Shown here: positions 1 through 10,529 of the stretch, in pieces
Layout: the number at the start of each line of letters is the position of its first letter
Numbering within the stretch: position 1 is the stretch's first letter
Origin: Octopus bimaculoides
Taxonomy: Eukaryota
Direction: 5' to 3'
Assembly: GCF_001194135.2 (NCBI RefSeq)
Contig: NC_068998.1
Coordinates: 45,699,249 to 45,736,703 of the forward strand
DNA length: 37,455 nucleotides
Translations under genes and position numbers: made by a program
Notes under the pieces: generated by a model
Seen by the model: the letters and a program-made list of their open reading frames with translations, nothing else
Told to the model about the DNA's origin: nothing
Database searches by the model: none

Positions 1-331
1 CAGTTGATCCGATCAACGGAACAGCCTGCTCGTGAAATTAACGTGCAAGTGGCTGAGCACTCCACAGACACGTGTACCCTTAACGTAGTTCTCGGGGGAT
101 ATTCAGCGTGACACAGTGTGACAAGGCTGACCCTTTGAATTACAGGCACAACAGAAACAGGAAGTAAGTGTGAGAGAAAGTTGTGGTGGAAAAGTACAGC
201 AGGGTCCGCCACCACCCCCTGCCGGAGCCTCGTGGAGCTTTAGGTGTTTTCGCTCAATAAACACTCATAACGCCCGGTCTGGGAATCGAAACCGCGAGTC
301 CACTGCCCTAACCACTGGGCCATTGCGCCTG
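1..331 (-). mobile_element. tRNA-derived SINE, family A (3' end runs off the window)
   Basis: Minus strand begins AGGCGCAATGGCCCAGTGGTTAGGGCAGTGG (A box) then GGTTTCGATTCCC (B box). The body contains GTGGAGTGCTCAGCCACTTGCACGTTAATTTCACGAGCAGGCTG, which from memory resembles Nin/Deu-type central domains (not verified). A second fragment lies at 26362-26410. Confidence 0.85.
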
Positions 332-624
332 CATACCTAGTATAATGAGAGGCAAACACATCACTCGGGATATCCCTGAAACTGCTGTAAGACATTAATT
401 AATTAATTTAACTAATTACTTCTAATTCACCTTACTCTAATCAGATATTCTAAATGACTTGAGATACTCGTCCTGCCTTGGTTTTTGTTATCCTTTTCCC
501 TCTAATATTTACCTGCTAACTCGGAAGCCTACCAAGGGTCCCTGGCTCCCAGTCTCAGTTGTGAACTCGGAACCTAACGGATAGCCAATCATAGCTCTTA
601 CAAAGCGTACCTATTCGTTTAGAT

Positions 625-937
625 TAGGGCTGGCCAACCTGAGGCCCGCAGACTTCTACCTTGCGACCCATTTGATACTGTCTTGGAATGGGTTTACTTA
701 AACTAACATTCTTAAAAATTTTATCAAAAATTACAGATTGTAATGAAAAGTAATAGAAAAAGATACTGCTATTTTTGCAATGATAACATTTCATGTTGAA
801 TCAACGATAATTCATTCATTATTGTAATAACAGCATGAGAAAGCAAAATGCTTTCAATTCTGTCAGCAAACTAGCGGCCTTCTAAAACCTTCTGTGATTA
901 AAGTGGCCCGCAATGTAATTCGAGTTGGCTAGGCCTG
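625..937. mobile_element. Non-autonomous hAT (Charlie-like) MITE
   Basis: Imperfect TIRs TAGGGCTGGCCAAC / GTTGGCTAGGCCTG (11/14 match), subterminal GGCCCGC motifs, and a perfect 8-bp TSD GTTTAGAT at 617-624 and 938-945. Confidence 0.9.
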
Positions 938-969
938 GTTTAGATCATCAGTGAACTAAACCCCTCATA

Positions 970-1005
970 ATCAATCAATCTATCTATCTATATATATATA
1001 TATAT

Positions 1006-1056
<51 letters not shown>

Positions 1057-1633
1057 NNNNNNNNNNNNNNNNNNNNNNNNNNNNNNNNNNNNNNNNNNNN
1101 NNNNNNNNNNNNNNNNNNNNNNNNNNNNNNNNNNNNNNNNNNNNNNNNNNNNNNNNNNNNNNNNNNNNNNNNNNNNNNNNNNNNNNNNNNNNNNNNNNNN
1201 NNNNNNNNNNNNNNNNNNNNNNNNNNNNNNNNNNNNNNNNNNNNNNNNNNNNNNNNNNNNNNNNNNNNNNNNNNNNNNNNNNNNNNNNNNNNNNNNNNNN
1301 NNNNNNNNNNNNNNNNNNNNNNNNNNNNNNNNNNNNNNNNNNNNNNNNNNNNNNNNNNNNNNNNNNNNNNNNNNNNNNNNNNNNNNNNNNNNNNNNNNNN
1401 NNNNNNNNNNNNNNNNNNNNNNNNNNNNNNNNNNNNNNNNNNNNNNNNNNNNNNNNNNNNNNNNNNNNNNNNNNNNNNNNNNNNNNNNNNNNNNNNNNNN
1501 NNNNNNNNNNNNNNNNNNNNNNNNNNNNNNNNNNNNNNNNNNNNNNNNNNNNNNNNNNNNNNNNNNNNNNNNNNNNNNNNNNNNNNNNNNNNNNNNNNNN
1601 NNNNNNNNNNNNNNNNNNNNNNNNNNNNNNNNN

Positions 1634-1666
<33 letters not shown>

Positions 1667-2130
1667 CACACACAAACACACACATACACACATATTTATA
1701 TACATATACACACACACATCTGTATATCCTATGAATCCACTTAATACTCACTTTCGTATCCTCAACTCCCCCCTCCACACACAAACACACTTCTCCACTC
1801 TTAAACCACTCTATACCACCACTTCATCTCTCTCTCACACACACACAATCACACACACACACAACCACACGCCTCACCTCTTTACCCACTCCTTCACTGT
1901 ACACAAACTCCGGTGCCATCTGGGAAAGCAGTCTCCCACGCAAATCACTTCCATCCAGCCAAACACACGCACACACACACACACACGCATAAACTAATTC
2001 ACTTACTCACACATACATGCACATGTACACATAGATATACGTACATATGCACACACACAGATATGCATATTTATATACGCTCACATACATATACATACAC
2101 ACATATAAACACACATACACATACATACAC
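970..2130. repeat. Compound microsatellite (TCTA/TA/TAGA), gap 1037-1633, then CA/TA-rich cryptic repeat
   Basis: Directly visible di- and tetranucleotide runs. Confidence 0.9.
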
Positions 2131-2264
2131 AGCCGTACAGATATTAGGAAACTCTAACAATTTAACCAGATCACTCCCGCCTCACCTCTCATCAAAAACA
2201 AACACCCTCCCCGCCGCCACCACCACCAACACCATTACTATTGACAACAACAACAATAATAATT

Positions 2265-2483
2265 ATCCTTTTTATTAAAGGCAGAAGGCCTGAAATTTGC
2301 GGAGGAGGAAGGACTAGTTGACTACATCGACGCCAGTGTTTCATTGGTGCTTAATTTATCGATCTCGAAAGGATAAAAGGCAAAGTCGACCTCGGCGGAA
2401 TTTGAACTCAGAACGTTAAGACAGATGAAATGCCACTAAGCATTTTGCTCAGCATGTTAACGACTCTGCCACCTCGCTGCCTT
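2265..2483 (-). mobile_element. tRNA-derived SINE, family B, full length
   Basis: Minus strand reads AAGGCAGCGAGGTGGCAGAGTCGTTA (A box), GAGTTCAAATTCC (B box), CCGAGGTCGACTTTGCC central domain, GGCCTTCTGCC, then an (ATT)/(GTT) tail. Homologous to copies at 14448, 15481, 24066 and 29686. Confidence 0.9.
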
Positions 2484-2560
2484 AATAATAATAATAATAA
2501 TGATAATAATAATAATGATGATAATGATGATGATAATAATAATAATGATAATAATAATGA
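2484..2560. repeat. (AAT/GAT)n microsatellite
   Basis: Visible triplet run. Confidence 0.95.
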
Positions 2561-2561
2561 T

Positions 2562-3165
2562 ATGCAGTACCAGGCAGTGGCTCTCATGGCTTCTGATCTT
2601 AATTGATTGGAAGTGTTATCATGTACATTGCTTTGTCTTGGTATAAAAGATGGGCTACAGCAAATATTCTGCTTAATACCACAGATTTGCTTGTCAGTTG
2701 TTCGACCTTAACCAGTTGAGCATGTCCCTTGGTGGCTGACGATATGTGCATCTCTGATCATGGGTAGAAGTAGTTGGGGAGCATCATAGCCATGTGTTGA
2801 GAGGAATTCTTTGGGGTTTGAATAATTCACCTTTGGAAACGTGGGTGTTTGCTCAACATCCTTAAACAAACCTTATTCAGGGACCTTTTGAGCGGGATGG
2901 GCTACTCGACCTGAAAAAAATTCTAACTGGGCCCCACCTGCGAGGTCATGCGCTGTTTGTCTTGATATGAGATCTCCACGTCGCGCACATGTGGTTGTGA
3001 TGNNNNNNNNNNTTTGTCTTGATATGAGATCTCCACGTCGCGCACATATGGTTGTGATGCATGTGCCTAGTGTACCCTTATCAGACGGGTAATCATGATG
3101 GGTATATTGGGCTTCGTATATTTTACCCCAGTGTCACTTTGATGGCATGCACTGCTCTCTCACTC
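2562..3165. mobile_element. Unclassified ~600-bp interspersed element (family D) between two (AAT)n arrays
   Basis: Complex non-coding block bounded sharply by AAT arrays and ending GCACTGCTCTCTCACTC(AAT)n. I recall it as a high-copy octopus repeat, but there is only one copy here and its class and orientation are undetermined. Confidence 0.5.

Positions 3166-3227
<62 letters not shown>
3166..3227. repeat. (AAT)~20 microsatellite
   Basis: Perfect triplet run. Confidence 0.97.
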
Positions 3228-3229
3228 GA

Positions 3230-3706
3230 GGAAAGCAAAAACTCGGAAAAGTGAACATTAGACGTGGAATATTCCAAGTTGATAGCTTATCTCCAGTACT
3301 ATTTGTTTTGGCCATGACACCGCTCACTACGATACTAGGAAAAGTTAAAATTGCTTAGGATTTGAGCAAAGGAAATCATCAGATAAATCATCTCCTTTTC
3401 ATGGATGATTTAAAGGTTCATGCAACAATGAGAAACAGCCTGAACGTCTTGTACATATTATCCGCATTTTTTCAAATGCCATAGGTATGAAATTTGGGAT
3501 AGTGCGCTATATTGAAAATGAAACGAGGAAAATTTGAAAGAAGCCAGAGAATTGAAATGCCAAACAGTGAGAGCGGTTGATAAAGAACAGTGGTATAAGT
3601 ACTTGGGAATACTGGAAGCAGGTGAGATAAAAGAATGAAGAAATGAAACAAATTACCAGTTGAGAGTACACAAGGAGAGTCAGAAAATTATTGCAGTCAC
3701 AGCTGA
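3230..3706 (+). pseudogene. Decayed reverse transcriptase fragment of an R4/Dong-like (RLE-type) non-LTR retrotransposon
   Basis: Manual translation from 3230: GKQKLGKVNIRRGIFQVDSLSPVLFVLAMTPLTTIL..*..INHLLFMDDLKV, then after frameshifts AIGMKFG, ILKMKRGK, YKYLGILE and EYTRRVRKLLQSQL. These are RT motifs QGDSLSP, (F/Y)xDD and YKYLG, with stops and frameshifts. Confidence 0.88.
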
Positions 3707-4569
3707 CATACATACATACAAACAAACAAAAATACCCTGTTGTTGATGTTGAAGTTCCAAAGAAATAAAATGGAATAATGGTATGCTGGCATACATACAT
3801 ACATACATGCATACATAGATGATGACTGTCAACTCCGTACGCAAGTATGACCATTACAGATAAATTATCTTATGATAGATTCTAAGGACAATGGTTGCCA
3901 ACAATGCCAGCTTTCGCAACACCACTAAGACTCTCTCCTACAATGCTAAGTAGTCCAGAAGAAACAAGCAAGAGCAATATCTCCGGTTTCGCAATGAGGC
4001 GGGTGTAATTTCAGAATAATGGTAATTTCAGAATAATTTCCTTTTTCTATAGAGATGTCTAAATAAAGACAAGTAGTTCTCTCACTTCCAGTTATTGCAT
4101 TGCCCCGTCGACTCTACCGAGTTCTTCCGCCCTTTGACCGATTTGGTTTTTCCACTGCAGGGTGTCCAACGAGACCCACCCTCTTTTATCAAGCAGGCTT
4201 GGTAGAGTTTCCGGTTTAGTCACCAATGGTCCGACTACGTGACATGCATTTATGCACAGATACACACACACGCACACACGCGCACAGCACGCATATACAT
4301 ACCTATATATACACACAGACATGCATGTATATCTACGGACACACAAATACGAACTCTCTCTCACGCACGCACGCATATACATACACACACACATATTTTG
4401 GTCCAAAATTAACAATGAGAATAACAATAAAGACTATAAAATGAAAACAGGATTTAATTCTTAGTTTGATGTTATAATGAGAGACTAAGGAATTAAAAAT
4501 ATCTTTGACGTTTTGAGCTGTTCTTTCGAAAGTTAGATAGCTAGAAGGAAAGCATGTACATATAAAAAT

Positions 4570-4770
4570 CTGTTTCATATTTTGCCAAAAAGTCTTAGAA
4601 ATATACATGGAGTGCGAGTAGGGGTTTTCAAGAAACACATTGATCGTCTGCTGTCCAACATCCCAGATGAACACATACACAGCAAGAAACTGAAACGAGG
4701 CTGTCAATATCAAATTCCACAGGTATGAACAGGCATGAAAATAGTGGTGCCCTAGCATAGTCACATGCTG
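4570..4770 (+). mobile_element. 3' end of a CR1-like LINE (ORF2 C-terminus plus 3' UTR remnant)
   Basis: Translates LFHILPKSLRNIHGVRVGVFKKHIDRLLSNIPDE, resembling the CR1-clade C-terminal pattern LFN.LP..IRN....FK..LD..L..IPD. Followed at 4744-4765 by GTGGTGCCCTAGCATAGTCACA. Confidence 0.65.
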
Positions 4771-4842
4771 TACTACCTGGCATTCGTGCCGGAAGTTCCA
4801 ATACGAATATTTCAGCGTGTTTGGGTGTCAATCTGAGGACCT

Positions 4843-5455
4843 GTACCCAGTGATAAAAATCAAACATCCAGTCAACATCATGGTGTTTGAAATGATCACT
4901 AGTGATGACGACCTTATACCTCCATTCATCTTCTCACATTCCACACGGAGGCCTACATCAAGCGCCTGGAGGAGGTAGTGCTAGCCTGGATCAAGAGGCT
5001 GGCTGCTGGAAGACCCTATGTCTGACAACAGGACTCTGCACCGTGTCACACAAGCAGGAGAACCCAGTTATGGTTATCAGACAACTTCTGCGACCACATC
5101 ACCCCTAACATTTGGCCACCTAACTTCCTAGAATGCAATCCTCTTCATTATTATGTATGGGGCGCAGTTGCGCGAGTGACCAACAAAATTACATGTAACA
5201 CTAAAGATGAACTGAAGGCAAGGATTATGGCAGCATTCACCAACTTAAACAAGGAGGCCATCCAGAAGAGTTGCAGGAGATTCCGAAGTCGTCTGGAGGC
5301 CTTGTTTGAAGCCAATGGCGATTTTATTGAATAAACTTACTGTAGTATTTCAAGATATTCTTATGCACTTTTGTTGAATATACGTATGAAAATGAGATGA
5401 CAGTGTTATTTTCATTTTTGTGTAATTTAGACGACAGTTTATTCATTGCACTCTG
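4843..5455 (+). mobile_element. 5'-truncated Tc1/mariner transposon, DD37D (maT) type; transposase pseudogene ending at 5334, plus right end
   Basis: KIKHPVNIMVF..TSD..LIPPFIF, frameshift, then TEAYIKRLEEVVLAWI..GRPYV*QQDSAPCH...WPPNFLECNPLHYYVWGAV...CRRFRSRLEALFEANGDFIE*. There are 37 residues between the second Asp (5032-5034) and the third catalytic position (now His, 5146-5148). The element ends ..TTGCACTCTG followed by TA. Confidence 0.9.
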
Positions 5456-5984
5456 TATATATAGGATATTCCAGCTACTTCCAATAGTTTTCAAACAGTA
5501 TAGCTAAGAACACAGTTAAACGAAACTCTGGCTTGTTTAGAAAGAAAGAAATTTTCGACGAAGTCCTAAAAACTAATGGTCTTAAAGATAGGATTCAAAA
5601 AAGATCGNNNNNNNNNNAGTTTTAACCTCATCTTTCTCTCTAAATACCAAAACCAATATCACAATTTGTTTTAGCCTTAGGTGAATGTAAACTTTCAAAA
5701 AGACCACATATACTGGAAGTTAGACAATCATAACACAATCAAAGTCAGCTACAGTTGCATACCCAATATTAAAAGTATCTGATTTGGTACTACTAAAGTT
5801 GAGAGGGTGCACATGAAGATTAGATAAAGGACAATGTGAATTATATTTTCTTATTAGCGCTCTATACTCATCTAACACTGATCAGTAACATACGTATATT
5901 GGGATATATACATATATGCACATACGTAATTCGGGTATATACATATATGCGCGCGCATGTAAATATATCAAGCCTGCAAGTTAA

Positions 5985-6180
5985 TGAAGCGGGGTTTTTC
6001 CGCATCTCCAAGAACGTTTGGGCTCACTGCAAAAGTCTCCCCCGTGAATGGGACGTCAATCCGTGGCGGTGGTAGAAGTAACCCACAGCTACCGCTGGTA
6101 CTCTTTTCTTTTAACCGAATGGAGAATCGAACTCACGACTACATGATCGTGAGCCTAACACCCAAATTGCGAGGTCATGC
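5985..6180 (-). mobile_element. Degenerate tRNA-headed SINE-like fragment
   Basis: Minus strand GGGTGTTAGGCTCACGATCATGTAGTCGTGAGTTCGATTC is a tRNA-like anticodon/T-arm with a B box; the body is unassigned. Confidence 0.4.
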
Positions 6181-6244
6181 GTCTTCATTTGAAACTATAT
6201 ATATGTTTTTGTATGTATATGTATACATAAACATGCTTATTTAT

Positions 6245-6274
6245 ACAAACACACACACACATATATATATATAC

Positions 6275-6338
<64 letters not shown>

Positions 6339-6340
6339 GC
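6245..6340. repeat. (CA)/(TACA)/(TA)n compound microsatellite
   Basis: Visible runs. Confidence 0.95.
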
Positions 6341-6627
6341 TCACAGTACATATATACACCCTTCAATTACCATCAAGTCACATATCACCATCTTGTTTGA
6401 TAATATATCCGGCCGGAAGTTAAACACAACTTCCGCTTAGTCGCACTAAAAAGCAATTTTTTTTTCTTTTTTGCCTTGTTATATATATTTTCGTTCATGT
6501 ATTTATTATATATTGCTGTTGGTGTTGTTGTTTCTATATTTTTGTTGTTTTCCTATATTGTTGATATTGTTGCTTGTATCTATTATTGTTGTGATTATAT
6601 TTATATATTGTTGCATGTGTGTGCATT

Positions 6628-6665
<38 letters not shown>

Positions 6666-7124
6666 AATATATATATGTTTATATATATGTACATATATAT
6701 ATATATATNNNNNNNNNNNNNNNNNNNNNNNNNNNNNNNNNNNNNNNNNNNNNNNNNNNNNNNNNNNNNNNNNNNNNNNNNNNNNNNNNNNNNNNNNNNN
6801 NNNNNNNNNNNNNNNNNNNNNNNNNNNNNNNNNNNNNNNNNNNNNNNNNNNNNNNNNNNNNNNNNNNNNNNNNNNNNNNNNNNNNNNNNNNNNNAATTAT
6901 TACATGTGAGTTTAGTCGCCAGTTCTGTGTGTTTCTTTGAAACCTTATATTTTTTACATGGCTCAATTAGGGGAAGAAGGACCAACGCCCATGAACTTTT
7001 CAGGGTCTCAGTATGTGGTAAGAGGAAGTTAAGATGTTCCCAAGCAAGAACCCTGGCTCCAGAGAGCTTGCAACGGACTGAAACTGGACTCCCTTAAAAG
7101 GCTCCATGACACACAATGACCAGA

Positions 7125-7645
7125 TGGTGGTGGCTGTGGTGGTGGTGGTGCTGGTGAATGTGGATCACAGTGGTGTTCGTGGCTGATATAGGTGTAATGC
7201 TGTTGTTTTTGGGGGTTTGTTTTTTTGTTATTTTGGTAATCGTAGTTTTGGTGGTATCGTGGCAGTGGTGTTGTTGGTGGTGACGGGTGGTGATGGTGGT
7301 GGTGGTGGTGATGATGATGATGTTGGTGGTCATCATTGTGATGGTGGTGGTGGTGGTGGTCGTCATCGTCGTAGTGATGGTGGTGGTAGTGGTGGTGATG
7401 GTGTTTGTGATGTTGTTGTTGTTGGTGGTGGTGGTGGCGGTGATGGTGATGATAGCGATGATGGTGATGATGGTTGTAGTGATAGTGATGGTAATGGTAG
7501 TGGTGATGGTGGTGGTAGTGGTGATGGTGGTGGTAGTGGTGATGGTTTCGGTGGCAGTGGTGGCGGTGGTATTGGTAGTGGTGATGGTGGTGATCATGGT
7601 GTTATTTGTGGTGGTGGTGGTGGTGGTGGTGGTGGTATTGGTTGT
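7125..7645. repeat. Cryptic (GGT/GAT/GTT)n triplet field
   Basis: G/T-rich degenerate triplets; all frames give low-complexity Gly/Val/Thr ORFs. Confidence 0.9.
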
Positions 7646-8443
7646 AGACCGTATGACATTATGTTTGGCCTATTGTCAAATGGACATTGATTTTTTTTGT
7701 ATCTAGATATTACGTACTCCGCATCGTAAATAAAATGTACAAGCGTCTACTAAGAATCGAAACCCGATCGCTGTTTCGACTGGCTTATAGACTTACCAGT
7801 TTCTCTAGAGAAGTTGTCACTGTATTCCCCTCCTACATACACTTAGTTTTGTAATTACACACATTCCCGTAGTCCATCCTCATTCATCCTTACCTCCGTC
7901 CTCTACCCCTCACCCCCACCCGACCCTGCCCCCCGCCACCCAGGAATCAGTTCTATCCGGTTGTGTAGAATTTCTNNNNNNNNNNNNNNNNNNNNNNNNN
8001 NNNNNNNNNNNNNNNNNNNNNNNNNNNNNNNNNNNNNNNNNNNNNNNNNNNNNNNNNNNNNNNNNNNNNNNNNNNNNNNNNNNNNNNNNNNNNNNNNNNN
8101 NNNNNNNNNNNNNNNNNNNNNNNNNNNNNNNNNNNNNNNNNNNNNNNNNNNNNNNNNNNNNNNNNNNNNNNNNNNNNNNNNNNNNNNNNNNNNNNNNNNN
8201 NNNNNNNNNNNNNNNNNNNNNNNNNNNNNNNNNNNNNNNNNNNNNNNNNNNNNNNNNNNNNNNNNNNNNNNNNNNNNNNNNNNNNNNNNNNNNNNNNNNN
8301 NNNNNNNNNNNNNNNNNNNNNNNNNNNNNNNNNNNNNNNNNNNNNNNNNNNNNNNCCACCTTTTACTACTAATACTATCAACAACAACAAAAATAATAAT
8401 AACAGCATCACCAACATAAACAACATCAGAAACATGAACATAA

Positions 8444-8660
8444 AAATAACAGCCAAATCTCCCTCAAATCACATGCTACCGTCGTAAGAAAAAGGAAGGA
8501 TACATTGGATAATGAGATCGTAGTCACCGTGTGTGTGTGTGTGTGTGTGTGTGTGAAGGAGAAAGGTAGGATGGTTACGGCTGGAATAGTGTTGATCATT
8601 GGCCTGTTTGATCAAATCTGTCTCGGGGTTAAATAACAAATTTACAACAACAGCAGCATC
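8444..8660 (+). mobile_element. Interspersed repeat family C (SINE-like, (AAC)n tail)
   Basis: AATAACAGCCAAATCTCCCTCAAATCAC..GGATACATTGGATAATG..GGATGGTTACGGCTGGAAT..GATCATTGGCCTGTTTGATC..GGGGTTAAA. Aligns by eye with 9024-9235, 18942-19170 and 20527-20700(-); short fragments at about 8687-8730 and 8865-8900. Confidence 0.75.
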
Positions 8661-9023
8661 AACGCCATCGTTTCCACCATCATCGCGGTGGATTGGTCAG
8701 CTAGAAATAACAGCCGAATCCCTCTCAGAGACACGGCCAGTGTAGTCATAAATGTCTATAAAATACTCAAACATTGACAGCAACATCAACAATTGCAATC
8801 ATGATATGCAGTTGCTTGACCCGCAAGAAGTAGCAACCAAAGAAGCCTCAAATTATACACTATAGTCTTTAAAAAGGAAGGATGCATTAGATAATATAAC
8901 CAAATATACACTGAATGAAAAAGGCGGAATGGTCATGGTTGTAATGGATTTGATCAAAAGCACCACTGAGTCAAGGGATGCCTTGGGGGTAAGTAATTTC
9001 AACACTAGCCGTGTCATCCTCCA

Positions 9024-9235
9024 GTTGTCGTCCAGCTTGGAAGAAATAGCAGCCAAATTTCCCGCAAATCACACGCTATCATCCGAAAAGAAGTGAACGA
9101 CATCGGATAACGGGATCGTAGTCACAGTGTGTTCGTAAGAAAAAGACAAGATGGACACGGCTGGAATACGTTTGGCCATTGGCCTGTTCGATCAGATCTG
9201 CTTCAGGGCTAAGTATCAACGACATTAACATCAAT
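9024..9235 (+). mobile_element. Interspersed repeat family C
   Basis: GAAATAGCAGCCAAATTTCCCGCAAATCACACGCTA..GGACACGGCTGGAATACG..GGCCTGTTCGATCAGATCTG..GGGCTAA, colinear with the 8444 copy. Confidence 0.75.
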
Positions 9236-9238
9236 GAC

Positions 9239-9400
9239 GCAGGAGTGGCTGTGTGGTAAGTAGCTTGCTTACCAACCACATGGTTCTGGGTTCATTCCCA
9301 CTGCGTGGCACCTTGAGCAAGTGTCTTCTACTATAGCCTCGGGCCGACCACAGCCTTGTGAGTGGATTTGGTAGACGGAAACTGAAAGAAGCCCATCGTA

Positions 9401-9451
<51 letters not shown>

Positions 9452-9640
9452 ATGTTTGTGTGTCTGTGTTTGTCCCTCCAACATCGCTTGACAACCGATG
9501 CTGGTGTGTTTACGTCCCCGTAACTTAACGGTTTGGCAAAAGAGAACGATAGAATAAGTACTAGGCTTCCAAAGAATAAGTCCTAAAAGGCGGTGCTCCA
9601 GCATGGCCGCAGTCAAATGACTGAAACAAGTAAAAGAGTA
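9239..9640 (+). mobile_element. tRNA-derived SINE, family E (CORE-like), full length with internal TA/TG microsatellite
   Basis: A box TGGCTGTGTGG and B box GGGTTCATTCCC; CTGCGTGGCACCTTGAGCAAGTGTCTT resembles the MIR CORE domain; tail GGCGGTGCTCCAGCATGGCCGCAGTCAAATGACTGAAACAAGTAAAAGAGT. Confidence 0.9.
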
Positions 9641-9745
9641 ATGACAACATCAAGGATAACAAGTGACTTTCTGTGAGATTTTCCTCACTAACATCTTATC
9701 GTCTTAAACTGGAAGGAGACAGTGGACTGTATTGCTAGGTAAGTA

Positions 9746-9995
9746 TTGTGGTAAGTAGCTTGCTTACCAACTACATGATTCCGGATTCAATCCCACTGCG
9801 TGGCACCTTGGGCGAGTGTCTTCTACTACAGCCTCAGGCCGACTAAAAACCTTGTGAGTGGATTTGGTAGACGGAAACTGAAAGAAGTCTGTCGTGTATA
9901 TGTGTGTTTGTGTGTCTGTGTTTGTCCCCACCACCATCGCTTGACAACCGATTTTGGTATGTTTACGTCCCCGTAACTTAGCGGTTCGGCAAAAA
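9746..9995 (+). mobile_element. SINE family E, 3'-truncated copy
   Basis: Colinear with 9239-9545. Confidence 0.88.
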
Positions 9996-10333
9996 TAAGA
10001 CAAGGTATAAAATGCTAAAATAATTTTATCATGAAGACCATTTTAGTACCGGTTTCAGTCTTTGCGACTTTTTCAACTTAGAGTAAAGCATGAAAAACAA
10101 TCAAATTGTGGAAAAATTACATGAAATGATTTTTAAAAATATTTCCATAGTTTTCAAATGTAAGGAACATTTTTGTTTTTTTCTGTCTGCCTCTATATAT
10201 ATACTGGAATATGAAGGCTAGATTGCCTTTGATTATATAGTTTAATCCCTGATGACCTTGGGTTAAAAACACAAAAATACTAACTGCGACACCAACTATT
10301 ATGACTAAAATAACAATTATTACTATAACATAT

Positions 10334-10465
10334 AATAATCATTTCTACTAGAGACACAAGGCCTGAAATTTGAGGGGAATTTTTTACCGAATCCCCGAAA
10401 GGATGAAAGGCAAAATCAGTCTCGGAGGCATTTGAACACAGAATCGGAAGAAATGCTCGCCACCT
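10334..10465 (-). mobile_element. SINE family B, internally deleted
   Basis: CACAAGGCCTGAAATTTG..CCCCGAAAGGATGAAAGGCAAA..ATTTGAAC..CTCGCCACCT matches family B with deletions. Confidence 0.75.
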
Positions 10466-10529
10466 ATAAATTATATAAAGACACGATGAATACAGATACA
10501 ACAACAACAACACTGAGAAAAACATCAAC

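Noticed and set aside
240-331. tRNA-like heads here and at 9239, 14448 and 24066 as tRNA genes
   Set aside because: They have A and B boxes but no complete cloverleaf, and continue into repeated SINE bodies.
7094-7706. Gly/Asp-rich, Val-rich and Thr-rich ORFs suggesting a structural or mucin-like protein
   Set aside because: Overlapping frames on both strands are open because of degenerate GGT/GAT triplets. No GGY/His modules, splice context or unique domain.
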